Positions 31,316 through 41,633 of a stretch of DNA of 63,590 nucleotides are shown one piece after another. The notes beneath the pieces were generated by a model, which saw only the letters and a program-made list of their open reading frames with translations, was not told where the DNA came from and did not search any database. Positions within the stretch are counted from its first letter, which is position 1. Each line of letters opens with the position of its first letter. The translations under genes were made by a program, and so were the position numbers. The stretch comes from Acidimicrobiia bacterium. GTDB taxonomy: Bacteria; Actinomycetota; Acidimicrobiia; IMCC26256; JACDBD01. The stretch covers positions 1 through 63,590 of the forward strand of contig DASZGY010000137.1 of the NCBI GenBank assembly GCA_035938395.1, read 5' to 3'.

Positions 31316-34156
31316 CTACGCCCGTTCGGGTGCGACGGGCGCGTCCTTGCGGCCGTTTCCGTCGTCGGGCGCGACGGCGGGGGCCTCCATGGAGGCCACG
31401 ACCTCGGCCGCGGTGGCGGGCGGCTTCTTGGCCCGCTTCCCGTCGCGGCCGGCGCGCTTGCGCCCGCCCGCCACCTTCTTCTTGGTGCCGGTGGTCTTCT
31501 TCTTGGTCCCGGTCGACTTCTTCTTCGTCGTCTTCCGGGCGCGCTTGGCGGGCCCGCGGGACTCCCGCTCGCGCAGCAGCTCGACGGCCTCTTCGAGGTT
31601 CACGGACTTCGGGTCGGTGCCGCGCGGGATCGTGGCGTTCAACGACCCGTCCGTCACGTAGGGCCCGTAACGGCCGTCGAGCACGCGCACGGGAGCGCCG
31701 GTGTCGGGATGCTCGCCCAGCTCGGCGATGGGGGGCTTGGTCCGCCGGCGGTGCTGTTTGGGCTGGGCGAACAGGGCCTCGGCCCGCTCGACCGTCACCG
31801 TGAAGATCTCGTCCTCGGTCTCGAGGCTGCGGCTCTCCTTGCCCTTCTTCAGGTAGGGGCCGTAGCGACCGTTGTGGGCGGTGATCTCGTGGCCCTCGGC
31901 GTCGGCGCCCACCTCTCGGGGCAGGCGCAGCAGCTTGAGCGCGTCCTCGAACGTGATCGTGTCGAGGCTCATGGACGAGAGCAGCGACGCGGTCTTCGGC
32001 TTCTCCTCGCCGTCGACGAGCTCGCCCAGCTGCACGTACGGCCCGTAGCGACCGTCGCGGGCGATCACCTCGAGCCCCGTCTCCGGGTCCTTGCCGAGCA
32101 CCTGCGGGCCCTCGGCGGCGCGGGCGAGCAGCTCGACGGCGAGGTCGACGGTGAGCTCGTCCGGCGGGATGTCGTCGGCGAGCGACGCGCGCTCGTCGTC
32201 GCGTTCGAGGTACGGGCCGAACTTGCCGACCCGCACGTTGATCGTGCGGCCCTCATCGTCCTTCCCGATCTCGACCGTGTTGACCTCGCGCGGGTCGATC
32301 TCGGCGAGATGCTCCTCGCCGACGAGCTCTTTGAGCCCGCGCTGGCCGTTCCCGAAGTAGAAGTCGTTGAGCCAGTTCTCGGAGTCGCCTTCGCCGTTGG
32401 CGATGAGGTCGAGCGCCTCTTCCATCGTGGCGGTGAAGTCGTAGTCGACGAGGTGCGGAAAGTACCGCTCCATGAGCTGGAGCTTGGCGAACGCCGTCCA
32501 CGACGGCACCAACGCGCTGCCCTTCTTCCACACGTAACCGCGTTCGTGTGTGATCGTCTGGATGACCGACGCGTACGTGGATGGACGGCCGATGCCGCGT
32601 TCCTCCAGCTCCTTCACGAGGCTCGCCTCCGTGTAGCGAGCCGGAGGCTGGGTGCTGTGCCCGGCGGCGGCGAGCGTCTCGCAACTGACGGCGTCACCTT
32701 CGGCGAGGGGCGGCATCGGCGACTCCGCGTCCTCACGCTCGGCCGCGGGATCGTCCGCGCCCTCGACGTACGCGCGCCGGAACCCTAGGAACTCGTACGT
32801 CTTGCCCGATGCGGCGAACACCGCGGTCTCGCCCGCGGTCGACGTCGCCGACAACCGGATCGACACGCGCCGGGCACGCGCGTCCGTCATCTGGGACGCC
32901 AGCGTGCGCATCCACACCAGTTGATAGAGACGACGTTCGTCCGCGCCGAGCTCGCCACGCACCTCGTCGGGACTCCGCATGTGCTCGCCGGCGGGGCGGA
33001 TCGCCTCGTGCGCCTCCTGCGCGTTCTTCACCTTGCCCTGGTACGTGCGCGGGGCGTCGGGCAGGTACGCATCGCCGTACAGGTTGCGGATCTGCTCGCG
33101 CGCGCCGTTGATCGCCTGGTCGGACAGGTTCGTCGAGTCGGTGCGTACGTACGTGACGTATCCGCGCTCGTACAGGCCCTGGGCCACGCGCATGGTGCGC
33201 CCGGCCGAAAAGCGCAGCTTCCGGCCCGCTTCTTGCTGGAGTGTCGAAGTCGTGAACGGCGCCTTCGGTCGCTCGGTGAACGCCTTCGATTCGACGGAAG
33301 CCACCCGGTACTGGACGTCGCGCAGTCGCTCGACCAGCGCCTCGGCCTCGCCCTGCTGCAGGTGGACGACGGGGTCGCCCCCGCGGGCGTCGGCGGCGAC
33401 CTGCCCGGTGGCGGCGTCGAAGTCTCGGCCGCTGGCCACCTTGCTCCCGTCGAGCTCGACGAGCGTGGCCGGGAAGCCGTCGGCGGAGCCGCGATCACCC
33501 TTGTCGGTTCCGCCGACAGCGGGTTGGAAGGTGCCCTCGAGGTCCCAGTACTCGGCGGCCCGAAAGGCCATGCGGGCGCGCTCGCGCTCGACGACGAGAC
33601 GCGTGGCGACGCTCTGGACCCGGCCGGCCGACAGCCGGGGCATCATCTTCTTCCAGAGGACGGGAGACATCTCGTAGCCGACGAGCCGATCGAGCACCCG
33701 GCGACCCTCCTGCGCCTCGACCAGCTTCATGTCGAGCTCGCGCCAGTTCTGGATCGCTTCCTGGATGGCCGTGCGCGTGATCTCGTGGAAGACCATCCGC
33801 CGCACCGGCACGTCAGGTCCGAGGACCTCGAGGACATGCCACGAGATCGCCTCGCCCTCGCGGTCCTCGTCGGTGGCGAGATAGAGCTCGCTCGCACCCT
33901 TGAGCGCGTCCTTCAGCTCCTTGACGACGTCCTTCTTCTTCTTGGGGATGACGTAGATCGGTTGGAAGTGGTTCTCGACGTCGATCCCCAGGCGGCCGGC
34001 GTCCGTGCCCTTCCACTTCTTGGGGACTTCACTCGCGTTGCTGGGCAGATCACGAATGTGCCCGACGCTCGACTCCACCACGTAGTCCGCGCCGAGGTAG
34101 CCCGCGATGGTGCGGGCCTTCGCCGGAGACTCGACGATCACGAGTGGCTTGGGCAC
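31316..34156 (-). CDS. topA: DNA topoisomerase I
   Basis: LVIVESPAKA, ATDEDREGE, SAGRVQS, YVTYVRTD; actinobacterial C-terminal repeats (GRYGPY) and Lys-rich tail. Confidence 0.98.
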   Translation of the reverse strand: MPKPLVIVESPAKARTIAGYLGADYVVESSVGHIRDLPSNASEVPKKWKGTDAGRLGIDVENHFQPIYVIPKKKKDVVKELKDALKGASELYLATDEDREGEAISWHVLEVLGPDVPVRRMVFHEITRTAIQEAIQNWRELDMKLVEAQEGRRVLDRLVGYEMSPVLWKKMMPRLSAGRVQSVATRLVVERERARMAFRAAEYWDLEGTFQPAVGGTDKGDRGSADGFPATLVELDGSKVASGRDFDAATGQVAADARGGDPVVHLQQGEAEALVERLRDVQYRVASVESKAFTERPKAPFTTSTLQQEAGRKLRFSAGRTMRVAQGLYERGYVTYVRTDSTNLSDQAINGAREQIRNLYGDAYLPDAPRTYQGKVKNAQEAHEAIRPAGEHMRSPDEVRGELGADERRLYQLVWMRTLASQMTDARARRVSIRLSATSTAGETAVFAASGKTYEFLGFRRAYVEGADDPAAEREDAESPMPPLAEGDAVSCETLAAAGHSTQPPARYTEASLVKELEERGIGRPSTYASVIQTITHERGYVWKKGSALVPSWTAFAKLQLMERYFPHLVDYDFTATMEEALDLIANGEGDSENWLNDFYFGNGQRGLKELVGEEHLAEIDPREVNTVEIGKDDEGRTINVRVGKFGPYLERDDERASLADDIPPDELTVDLAVELLARAAEGPQVLGKDPETGLEVIARDGRYGPYVQLGELVDGEEKPKTASLLSSMSLDTITFEDALKLLRLPREVGADAEGHEITAHNGRYGPYLKKGKESRSLETEDEIFTVTVERAEALFAQPKQHRRRTKPPIAELGEHPDTGAPVRVLDGRYGPYVTDGSLNATIPRGTDPKSVNLEEAVELLRERESRGPAKRARKTTKKKSTGTKKKTTGTKKKVAGGRKRAGRDGKRAKKPPATAAEVVASMEAPAVAPDDGNGRKDAPVAPERA

Positions 34157-34309
34157 GTGCGGAATCCTCGTGTGAATGGGTAGGAGCGGGCCAACCGGGG
34201 GAAGTCGGCGTCACCGTGGTGCCACGAACCGGGTGCCCGTGTCAAACATTCCCTGCGGTGAACGCCCTGCATCCCTGCTCCCGGTGGGTCTTGTCTATCG
34301 TGTCAACCC

Positions 34310-35005
34310 ATGCACTTGGCGGCACTGAGCCTGAACCCCAGAGACATCCTGGATTCGTTCGGCCCGTGGGCGACGGTCGGGCTCATTCTCATCATCTTTG
34401 CCGAGACCGGGTTGCTCATCGGGTTCTTCCTCCCCGGTGACTCGCTGCTGTTCACCGGCGGCATCCTGGCGTCACAGGGCAACCTCAACATCGCGGTGAT
34501 CGCGATCGGCTGCTTCTTCGCCGCGGTCATCGGTGACCAGGTCGGGTACACGATCGGTCACCGCGCGGGACCGCCGCTCTTCCGTCGTCCCGACTCGCGG
34601 ATCTTCAAGCAGAGGTACGTCGATCGCACCAAGGAGTTCTTCGACAAGCACGGGCCGAAGACCATTCTTCTCGCACGGTTCGTGCCGGTCGTGCGCACGT
34701 TCGCGCCAGTGCTCGCGGGCGTGGGCAAGATGAACCGCCGCACGTTCACGACCTACAACGTCATCGGCGGATTCGTCTGGGCAGTCGGCGTGACGGTGGC
34801 GGGGTACATCCTCGGTTCTGCCATCGGCAGCGACATCGACAAGTACCTCCTGCCGATCATCGCCGTCATCGTCGTGCTCTCGATCCTTCCTCCCCTGATC
34901 GAAATGCGGCGGGAGCGCCGCCGCACCCGCGCGGCTGCGGCGGTGTCCGCCGCCGACGCCGAATCCCAGGCCGCCGACCTGCGCGAGGCCGTCACCGAGG
35001 ACTAG
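34310..35005 (+). CDS. DedA/VTT-family membrane protein
   Basis: FAETGLLIGFFLPGDSLLF, GDQVGY, ARFVPVVRTF. Confidence 0.93.
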   Translation: MHLAALSLNPRDILDSFGPWATVGLILIIFAETGLLIGFFLPGDSLLFTGGILASQGNLNIAVIAIGCFFAAVIGDQVGYTIGHRAGPPLFRRPDSRIFKQRYVDRTKEFFDKHGPKTILLARFVPVVRTFAPVLAGVGKMNRRTFTTYNVIGGFVWAVGVTVAGYILGSAIGSDIDKYLLPIIAVIVVLSILPPLIEMRRERRRTRAAAAVSAADAESQAADLREAVTED

Positions 35006-35027
35006 CTCCCGGGCCTCGGCGCCGTCC

Positions 35028-35110
35028 CGTCAAGCAGGCGTCAGGGTCGAGAAGGGCGAGGTTAGGAAGGCGTCAGGCCGTTTGCCGGGTGGGCCGCGCG
35101 GGCGTATCAC
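35028..35110 (+). promoter_or_regulatory. Four-repeat array A (putative KdpE boxes) plus -10-like element
   Basis: CGTCAAG 35028, CGTCAGG 35039, GGTTAGG 35060, CGTCAGG 35071; TATCAC at 35105. Confidence 0.65.
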
Positions 35111-35116
35111 AGGGGT

Positions 35117-35920
35117 ATGCGAAGGGATCGACTCCCCGAGGGACCCGACGACCGACTGGTCGTCGCCGGTCTGGGCCTTGCGGCGCTCGGTCCTCTCGTC
35201 GTAGCGAGCCTGCTCGTCACGGTGCGCGACCACATGGCGAGGTCCAACGCCGCCCTCGTGTTCGTCATCGTGGTGGTGCTCGCCGCCGCGCTCGGCGGAC
35301 GATGGGCCGGCTTCACGGCCGCCGTCATCTCGGCCATGTCGTACGACTTCTTCCTCACCCGGCCGTACGGATCTCTGAAGATCGACGAAGTCGAGGACAT
35401 CGTCGCCACCGTGCTGCTCCTCGCAGTCGGGCTGATCGTCGGCGAGGTCGTCGTGTGGGCACATCGCGGCCACCGGCAGAAGAAGCGCGGGCAGGACGAG
35501 ATCACCCGCTTGCACCGTGTCGCGGAACAGGTCGCGGCGGGCGCCTCTGCGCAAGACGTGTTGGAGTCCGTGCGCGCCGAGCTGACCGACCTCCTGTCAC
35601 TCCGCGCGTGCACGTTCGAGCAGCCGCCGTTCGGCACGCCGCTGCCGCGGCTCGGGCGCAACGGGTCCATCGACATCCCGCGCCGGCGGATCGTTCGCGG
35701 CGAGTTCACGCTCCCGGCCGAGGGTGTCGAGATCCCGGTTCTCGGCCGCGGCCGGCAGGTGGGACGCCTCGTGCTCGAGCCGGAGCCCGACGTCGGAGTG
35801 TCGCTCGAGGAACGCATCGTCGCCATCGCGATCTCGGACCAGCTCGGCGCGGCGGTGGCGGCCGAGTTGGACGCGCCCAAGACGAACGGCGATCGCGAGA
35901 ACGACCCGTTCCTGAGCTGA
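35117..35920 (+). CDS. DUF4118 (KdpD transmembrane-like) protein with a GAF-like tail and no kinase domain
   Basis: Four TMs with YDFFLTRPYGSL resembling the KdpD sensor loop; no H-box or HATPase. Confidence 0.75.
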   Translation: MRRDRLPEGPDDRLVVAGLGLAALGPLVVASLLVTVRDHMARSNAALVFVIVVVLAAALGGRWAGFTAAVISAMSYDFFLTRPYGSLKIDEVEDIVATVLLLAVGLIVGEVVVWAHRGHRQKKRGQDEITRLHRVAEQVAAGASAQDVLESVRAELTDLLSLRACTFEQPPFGTPLPRLGRNGSIDIPRRRIVRGEFTLPAEGVEIPVLGRGRQVGRLVLEPEPDVGVSLEERIVAIAISDQLGAAVAAELDAPKTNGDRENDPFLS

Positions 35921-35943
35921 CCCGGCCCTGCTGGGAGACTCGC

Positions 35944-38298
35944 CTACGCGCTGATCTCGTATACGGGGTTCATGATCGCGAGGCGGCCGTGATGGTCCAC
36001 GACCATGCCTTCGACCGTCAGTCGTGTCCCGATCTGGATGCCGGCGATGGTCCGCCGCCCGAGGAACAGCACTGAGATGCCACCCGTGTCGTCGACGAGC
36101 GTGCACTCGAGGGCGCACGTTCCCGACATCGACTGAACGCGTAGCGCGCTGACCGTGCCCGTCACGCGGACACGCTGACGCCACTCCACGTCGGCGATGA
36201 CGACGCTCGCCGTCCCCAGCTTCGCGGCGACAGCGCTCCGACCGCCGTTCCCGGCGGCGCGCGGTGCAGGTGACTTCGGCTTGCGAACCCCAGCTTCGCT
36301 GCGTCCATCCGGAGCGTGAAACTCGTTGAGCGTCGGGCCGACGCCACCCTCGTCCTCGCCGAGATTGAAGGGCACCGTCGTCACGGTCACGTGCTGCATC
36401 CTCGAGATATCGCGCGCCAGCGTCTCGGCGGTCTGGTCGTGGAGGATGCGGCGCCAGAACCCGCCGTACCGGCGGTCCGGTAGGACGACGCACACCTCGG
36501 TTTGGCCGTCGGCCAGGGCATGCGCGACGGTCGTCATCGCGCTTCGGCTCAGGCGACGATCAGGACTGTCCACCAGCTCGAGCGCGATGCTCGCGAGCCC
36601 GTGCTCGCGCCACGACTCGGCCAGCTCGTCGCCGCGCTGTTGATCGACGACGAAGTGCACGGCTCGCAGGTCGTCCGGGTGCAGCGACCGCCCGAACTGG
36701 AGGGCTCGAGCGGCCGCCAGGTCGAGGCGGTCGATGAACACGAGAACGGCGAGCCGCCGCATGATCGGGGCCCGCACCGCGGCCGGGACGTTGACGTCCA
36801 ATTTGCTTCCCTCCCGTTCGTACTGGCGAGCAAGGCGTACGAGGAACACCACCATCACCGGGACGAGCACCACGACGAGCCATGCGCCGTGGGCGAACTT
36901 CGTGACGGCGATGACCGCGTCGACGATCAGCGACATCACCGCACCGGTGCCGTTCACGAAGAGCCCGAACCGCCAGCCCGGCTCCTTCTGGGTGATGTGA
37001 TGCTTGGCCATGCCGGCCTGGGACAGCGTGAACGACGTGAACACGCCGATCGCATAGAGCGGGATCAGGCGATCGACCTTGGCCCCGGTGAGCAGGAGCA
37101 AGACGATCGACGCCACGGTCAAGAAGATGATCCCGTTCGAGAACACGAGGCGGTGTCCCCGCTTCGTGAGCTGCCGGGGCATGAAGTTGTCGCCGGCGTG
37201 GAACGACGCCAGACGGGGAAAGTCGGCGAAGCTCGTGTTGGCGGCGAGGACGAGGATCAGCATCGTGCCCGCCTGCAGAGCGAAGTACAGCAGCCGGCCC
37301 AACGGGCTGCCGCCGTACACGAGGTCTCCGATTTGCGAGATCACGGTCGGAGTGCCCTGAGCGTACGGCGCGACGTGCATGTGCGAGGCGAGCACCGACA
37401 GCCCGAGGAACATCGCGCCGAGGAGCGTGCCCATGATGACGAGCGTTGTGCGGGCGTTCTTCCACGCCGGCTTCTTGAAGGCGGGGACGCCGTTCGAGAT
37501 CGCCTCGACCCCGGTGACTGCGGCACCCCCGGACGCGAAGGCGTGGAGCACCACGAACAGTGTCGCCCCGAGCAGGATGCCGTTGCCCTGCTGGCCGAAG
37601 TGAACCACGCCCGCGGCGTTGTGGGACGCCTCGGGAAGCCCTCCGTTCATGAGCTGGTACAGGCCCCAGCCCAGAAGCACGAGCATGTTGACGATGAAGA
37701 AGTACGTCGGAACGGCGAAGACGCGCCCGGACTCGCGGACGCCCCGGAGGTTGCCGAACGCGATGAGGATGACGAAAGAGATCGAGATCGGCACGGCGAA
37801 AGGCGTCAGCATCGGGAACGCCGACGCCACGGCCGCCGTGCCGGCCGCGACCGATACCGACACCGTGAGCACATAGTCGGTGAGGAGCGCGACCCCCGCG
37901 ACCTGCGCGGGCAACAACCCGAAGTTGTCTCTCGTCACCATGTAGGCGCCGCCGGCCGTCGGATACGCCTTGATCGTCTGTCGGTACGAGAGGATCAGGA
38001 AGCCGAGCACCACCAACATCGCGACTGTGATCGGGACGACGAGCGCGAAGGCGGCGATCCCAACGGCGGGAACGAGGACGCGGAGGATCTCCTCGGTCGC
38101 ATACGCCGACGAAGACAAGTTGTCCGACGCGAAGACAGCGAGGGCGGTCGGCTTTCCGAGCCGCTCGTGATCGAGCTGCTCGGTGTGCAGAGGTGGGCCG
38201 AGGAGCTTCCGCTTGACGCGGTAGCCGACGCTGTCGCGAGGGAGCTCGGTCGACGGCTGGAGCGGCAGCGGTCGCGGCTCGGCCTTGTCGGTCAACAC
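35944..38298 (-). CDS. KimA/YdaO-like APC permease fused to a C-terminal OB-fold
   Basis: SDNLSSSAYATEE, TDYVLTVSVS, TGVEAISNG, NTSFADFPRL; cytoplasmic domain (LHDQTA); last ~85 aa OB-like (FLGRR.I.G...NPVY). Confidence 0.88.
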   Translation of the reverse strand: MLTDKAEPRPLPLQPSTELPRDSVGYRVKRKLLGPPLHTEQLDHERLGKPTALAVFASDNLSSSAYATEEILRVLVPAVGIAAFALVVPITVAMLVVLGFLILSYRQTIKAYPTAGGAYMVTRDNFGLLPAQVAGVALLTDYVLTVSVSVAAGTAAVASAFPMLTPFAVPISISFVILIAFGNLRGVRESGRVFAVPTYFFIVNMLVLLGWGLYQLMNGGLPEASHNAAGVVHFGQQGNGILLGATLFVVLHAFASGGAAVTGVEAISNGVPAFKKPAWKNARTTLVIMGTLLGAMFLGLSVLASHMHVAPYAQGTPTVISQIGDLVYGGSPLGRLLYFALQAGTMLILVLAANTSFADFPRLASFHAGDNFMPRQLTKRGHRLVFSNGIIFLTVASIVLLLLTGAKVDRLIPLYAIGVFTSFTLSQAGMAKHHITQKEPGWRFGLFVNGTGAVMSLIVDAVIAVTKFAHGAWLVVVLVPVMVVFLVRLARQYEREGSKLDVNVPAAVRAPIMRRLAVLVFIDRLDLAAARALQFGRSLHPDDLRAVHFVVDQQRGDELAESWREHGLASIALELVDSPDRRLSRSAMTTVAHALADGQTEVCVVLPDRRYGGFWRRILHDQTAETLARDISRMQHVTVTTVPFNLGEDEGGVGPTLNEFHAPDGRSEAGVRKPKSPAPRAAGNGGRSAVAAKLGTASVVIADVEWRQRVRVTGTVSALRVQSMSGTCALECTLVDDTGGISVLFLGRRTIAGIQIGTRLTVEGMVVDHHGRLAIMNPVYEISA

Positions 38299-38379
38299 GC
38301 CAGTGGCCTCCCGGTCACGGGCCCGCTGTCGGAAGCGGCGCGGGCGTCACCATGGTCACGTAGCGAACCCTCGAAAACG

Positions 38380-38429
38380 CGTTAAGGACGCGTCAAGACC
38401 GCCGAGCCGGGCGTCAGGATCCCGCTAGA
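38380..38429 (+). promoter_or_regulatory. Four-repeat array B (putative KdpE boxes), inverted relative to the adjacent APC gene
   Basis: CGTTAAG 38380, CGTCAAG 38391, CGTCAGG 38412, degenerate CGCTAGA 38423. Confidence 0.55.
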
Positions 38430-38445
38430 TTCCGCTGTTCCACCC

Positions 38446-39120
38446 TCAGGGTTCGAAGCGGTCCCCCATGCCGGGCTCGGTGATGAAGTAACGCGGGTGG
38501 GCGGGCTCGGGCTCCAGCTTGCGGCGGACCTGGGCCATGAACACCCGCAGATAGTTGGTCTCGTCGTGGTACTGGGGTCCCCAGACCTCTTGCAGCAGCT
38601 GCGTCTGCGCGACGAGGCGGCCGCGGTTGCGGACGAGGACCTCCACGAGGTGCCACTCGGTAGGGGTGAGCCGCACCTCTTCGCCGTTGCGCTGGACCTT
38701 CTTGGCGGCGAGATCGATCGTGAAGTCGGCGGTATCGATTACCGCGTCCTCTTCTGCCGGCGCCGTACGACGCAACGCAGCGCGCAAGCGGGCGAGGAGC
38801 TCGTCCATTCCGAACGGCTTCGTGACAAAGTCGTCGGCGCCGGCGTCGAGCGCGGCGACCTTGTCGTCCTCGGCGTCGCGCACGGACAGGACGACGATCG
38901 GAACCTGCGTCCAGCCCCGTAGTCCTCGAATGACGTCCACGCCGTCGATCCCCGGCAAGCCGAGGTCGAGGACGACGACGTCGGGGTGCTTGCGCGCCGC
39001 AAGCTCGAGGGCCCGCTCGCCGTCTTGCGCGACCTCGACGTCGTACCCGCGGGCGCGCAAGTTGATCGAGAGTGCTCGCCGGATCTGCGGCTCGTCGTCG
39101 ACGACGAGCACCCGGCTCAT
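38446..39120 (-). CDS. kdpE: Response regulator KdpE
   Basis: VDDEPQIRRAL, LDLGLP, TKPFGMDELLAR, NYLRVFMAQVRRKLE; ATGA overlap with kdpD. Confidence 0.9.
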   Translation of the reverse strand: MSRVLVVDDEPQIRRALSINLRARGYDVEVAQDGERALELAARKHPDVVVLDLGLPGIDGVDVIRGLRGWTQVPIVVLSVRDAEDDKVAALDAGADDFVTKPFGMDELLARLRAALRRTAPAEEDAVIDTADFTIDLAAKKVQRNGEEVRLTPTEWHLVEVLVRNRGRLVAQTQLLQEVWGPQYHDETNYLRVFMAQVRRKLEPEPAHPRYFITEPGMGDRFEP

Positions 39121-41612
39121 GCCGAGGCTTCGAGACTGACGACAACGGTGAGGCCGCCGCCCGGCGTGTCCTCGACGGTGATCTCACCGCCCATAGCGTC
39201 GACGAAGCCGCGCGCGACCGCCAGGCCGAGACCGGTGCCACCGTCGTTCGACTGATCGCCGAGCCGTTGAAATGGCTGGAACATGCGGTCGCGTTGATCG
39301 GGAGGAATGCCCGGGCCGCGGTCGACGACGCGAAGGTCGACCCGGTCGCCGACGGCGCACGCATCGACCCGGACGGGGTGGTCGGGCGGAGACCACGAGA
39401 GCGCGTTGCCGACGATGTTGGCGACGGCTCGCTCGAGGAGGGCGGCGTCGGCGTGAACGCGCGGCATCGTCTCCTCGACGCTCACTTCAACCGTCTGCGC
39501 CCGTTCGCCGAGCCCTTTGATCGCCGCCGGTACGACCTCCTCGAGGCCGACGTCCCGCATGACCAGTTGGAGAGCGCCGCTCTGGAGTCGGCTCATGTCG
39601 AGCAGGTTGCCGACGAGCGTGTTCAGCCGATCGGACTCCTCGTCGATCGTGGCGAGCAGCTCGTGCGTCGCCTGGGGCGTCCAGTCGACGTCCTGCTGGA
39701 GCAGGCTGGTCGCCGCGGCCTTGATCGACGAGAGCGGTGTGCGCAGATCGTGGGACACCGCGGCAAGGAGGGCGGCCCGCAGGTCGTTGGCTTCCGCCAG
39801 TCCCGCGGCCACCGCCGCCTCGGCCCGCAGCTGCCGGCGCTCGAGCGCGAGCGCGAGCTGGCCGGTGAACGCCTGGAGGAGCGCGAGGTCCTCGGCCGCG
39901 AGCCCCGGCCCGACCACGACCAGCTCCATCTCTGCGTCGATGGGGATGCTGAGGTCGCCCTCTTCCGGGCTCTGCGGAACCGGTGCCCCGGTCGACGTCT
40001 CGACAACCCAGCCGTCTCCGCTGCGTTGCAAGACGGCGATCCCTCCGAGGCCGAAGGCGGTGCGCAGCGTGCTGATGAGCAGCGGCAGCGGATCCTCTTC
40101 GACCATGAGCTGGCCGCCGAGCCGCGCGAGGGTCTCGGCTTCGGCACGCGCCCGAGACGCTTCGGCCGAACGCCGCGCCGCGAAGTGCACGAATCCGCTC
40201 ACGACCCCTGCCACCAGCAGGAACACGACGAGCGCGATGACATCCTTCCCCGCGTGGATCGCAAACTCGTGGAGGGGCGCAATGAAGTAGAAGTTCGCGA
40301 GAAGGAACGCGGCCACACTCGCTCCGAGCGCGGGCCATACCCCACCGACGGCGGCGATCGTGACGACGGCGAGGAGGTAGAGAAGCAACGTGGCGGGCAG
40401 ATCGAGGCCGTCCCGCATGGTGGCCATGACGAGGGTGAGCAACGGGAGGAGGACCACGCCCAGCAGCGCCCCGGCCACCTGACGGCGCACCGGGAGTGTT
40501 CGCCGTCCGCGAGGCCGGCGAAACGGGGCTTCTGGCGCGGGCTCCTCACTCGAGATCACGTGGACGTCGATGGAGCCGGACGCGCGGATCACACGGTTGA
40601 TCACGGAGCCGCGGGTGAGCTCGACCCAGCGCGACCGGCGGCTGGCACCGAGGACGAGCTGCGTGGCGTTCTCGGCGCGCGCGAACTCGATCAAAGCCTT
40701 GCCGACATCGTCACCGACGATCTCGTGGTACGTGCCTCCGAGCTCAGTCAGCAGTGCTCGATGCTCGTCGAGCAGCTGCTTCGGAGGGCCCGTGAGCCCG
40801 TCGTTCGAGCGCACGTGCACGCCGAACAGCTCGGCGTGAGCGCGCATCGCCATCCGTGCCGCACGCCGGATGAGCGCTTCCCCGCCCGGTGCTCCGGTGA
40901 TCGCCACGACCGTGCGCTCGCGCGTCTCCCATGGCCCCCGGATCCCGTGGTCGTCCATGTAGTCCTGTAATGACTCGTCGACCTTGTCGGCCACCCAGAG
41001 CAGGGCGAGCTCCCGGAGCGCGGCGAGGTTGCCGGGTCGGAAGTAGTTGGCGAGCGACGCGTCGATCCGCTCCGGCGGGTAGATGTTGCCGTGCGCCATG
41101 CGACGGCGGAGCGCCTCCGGGGTCATGTCGACGAGCTCGACCTGCTCGGCGGCCCGGACGATCGCGTCCGGAATGGTCTCGTGCTGCTTGACTCCCGTGA
41201 TCCGCTCGACGACGTCGTTGACCGACTCGAGGTGCTGCATGTTCAGCGTCGTCACGACGTCGATCCCCGCGTCGAGCAGCTCGTTGACGTCCTGCCACCG
41301 CTTCTCGTTCCGCGAGCCCGGGACATTCGTGTGGGCGATCTCGTCCACCAGAACGGCCTGCGGCTTCCGGGCGAGGACGGCATCGACGTCCATCTCCTCG
41401 AACTGCTTCCCGCGGTACTCGATCTTCTTCCGGGGCACGACCTCGAGATCCCGAATCTGCGCCTCTGTGTTGGCGCGACCGTGGGTTTCGACGTAGCCGA
41501 CGACGATGTCCTTGCCGCGGTGCCTCCCGCGCCAGCCTTCGTTGAGCATGGCGAAGGTCTTGCCGACGCCGGGCGCAGCGCCCAGATACACACGCAGCCT
41601 TCCACGAGCCAT
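39117..41612 (-). CDS. kdpD: Sensor histidine kinase KdpD
   Basis: GAAPGVGKT N-domain, DEIAHTN, Usp domain, four TMs, GAF, SHDLRTPL H-box, GTGLGL G-box. Confidence 0.96.
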   Translation of the reverse strand: MARGRLRVYLGAAPGVGKTFAMLNEGWRGRHRGKDIVVGYVETHGRANTEAQIRDLEVVPRKKIEYRGKQFEEMDVDAVLARKPQAVLVDEIAHTNVPGSRNEKRWQDVNELLDAGIDVVTTLNMQHLESVNDVVERITGVKQHETIPDAIVRAAEQVELVDMTPEALRRRMAHGNIYPPERIDASLANYFRPGNLAALRELALLWVADKVDESLQDYMDDHGIRGPWETRERTVVAITGAPGGEALIRRAARMAMRAHAELFGVHVRSNDGLTGPPKQLLDEHRALLTELGGTYHEIVGDDVGKALIEFARAENATQLVLGASRRSRWVELTRGSVINRVIRASGSIDVHVISSEEPAPEAPFRRPRGRRTLPVRRQVAGALLGVVLLPLLTLVMATMRDGLDLPATLLLYLLAVVTIAAVGGVWPALGASVAAFLLANFYFIAPLHEFAIHAGKDVIALVVFLLVAGVVSGFVHFAARRSAEASRARAEAETLARLGGQLMVEEDPLPLLISTLRTAFGLGGIAVLQRSGDGWVVETSTGAPVPQSPEEGDLSIPIDAEMELVVVGPGLAAEDLALLQAFTGQLALALERRQLRAEAAVAAGLAEANDLRAALLAAVSHDLRTPLSSIKAAATSLLQQDVDWTPQATHELLATIDEESDRLNTLVGNLLDMSRLQSGALQLVMRDVGLEEVVPAAIKGLGERAQTVEVSVEETMPRVHADAALLERAVANIVGNALSWSPPDHPVRVDACAVGDRVDLRVVDRGPGIPPDQRDRMFQPFQRLGDQSNDGGTGLGLAVARGFVDAMGGEITVEDTPGGGLTVVVSLEASA

Positions 41613-41633
41613 GGTGAAAGCCTACGACGCCCG

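Noticed and set aside
31400-31560. Lys-rich repetitive tail of TopA
   Set aside because: A known feature of actinobacterial topoisomerase I.
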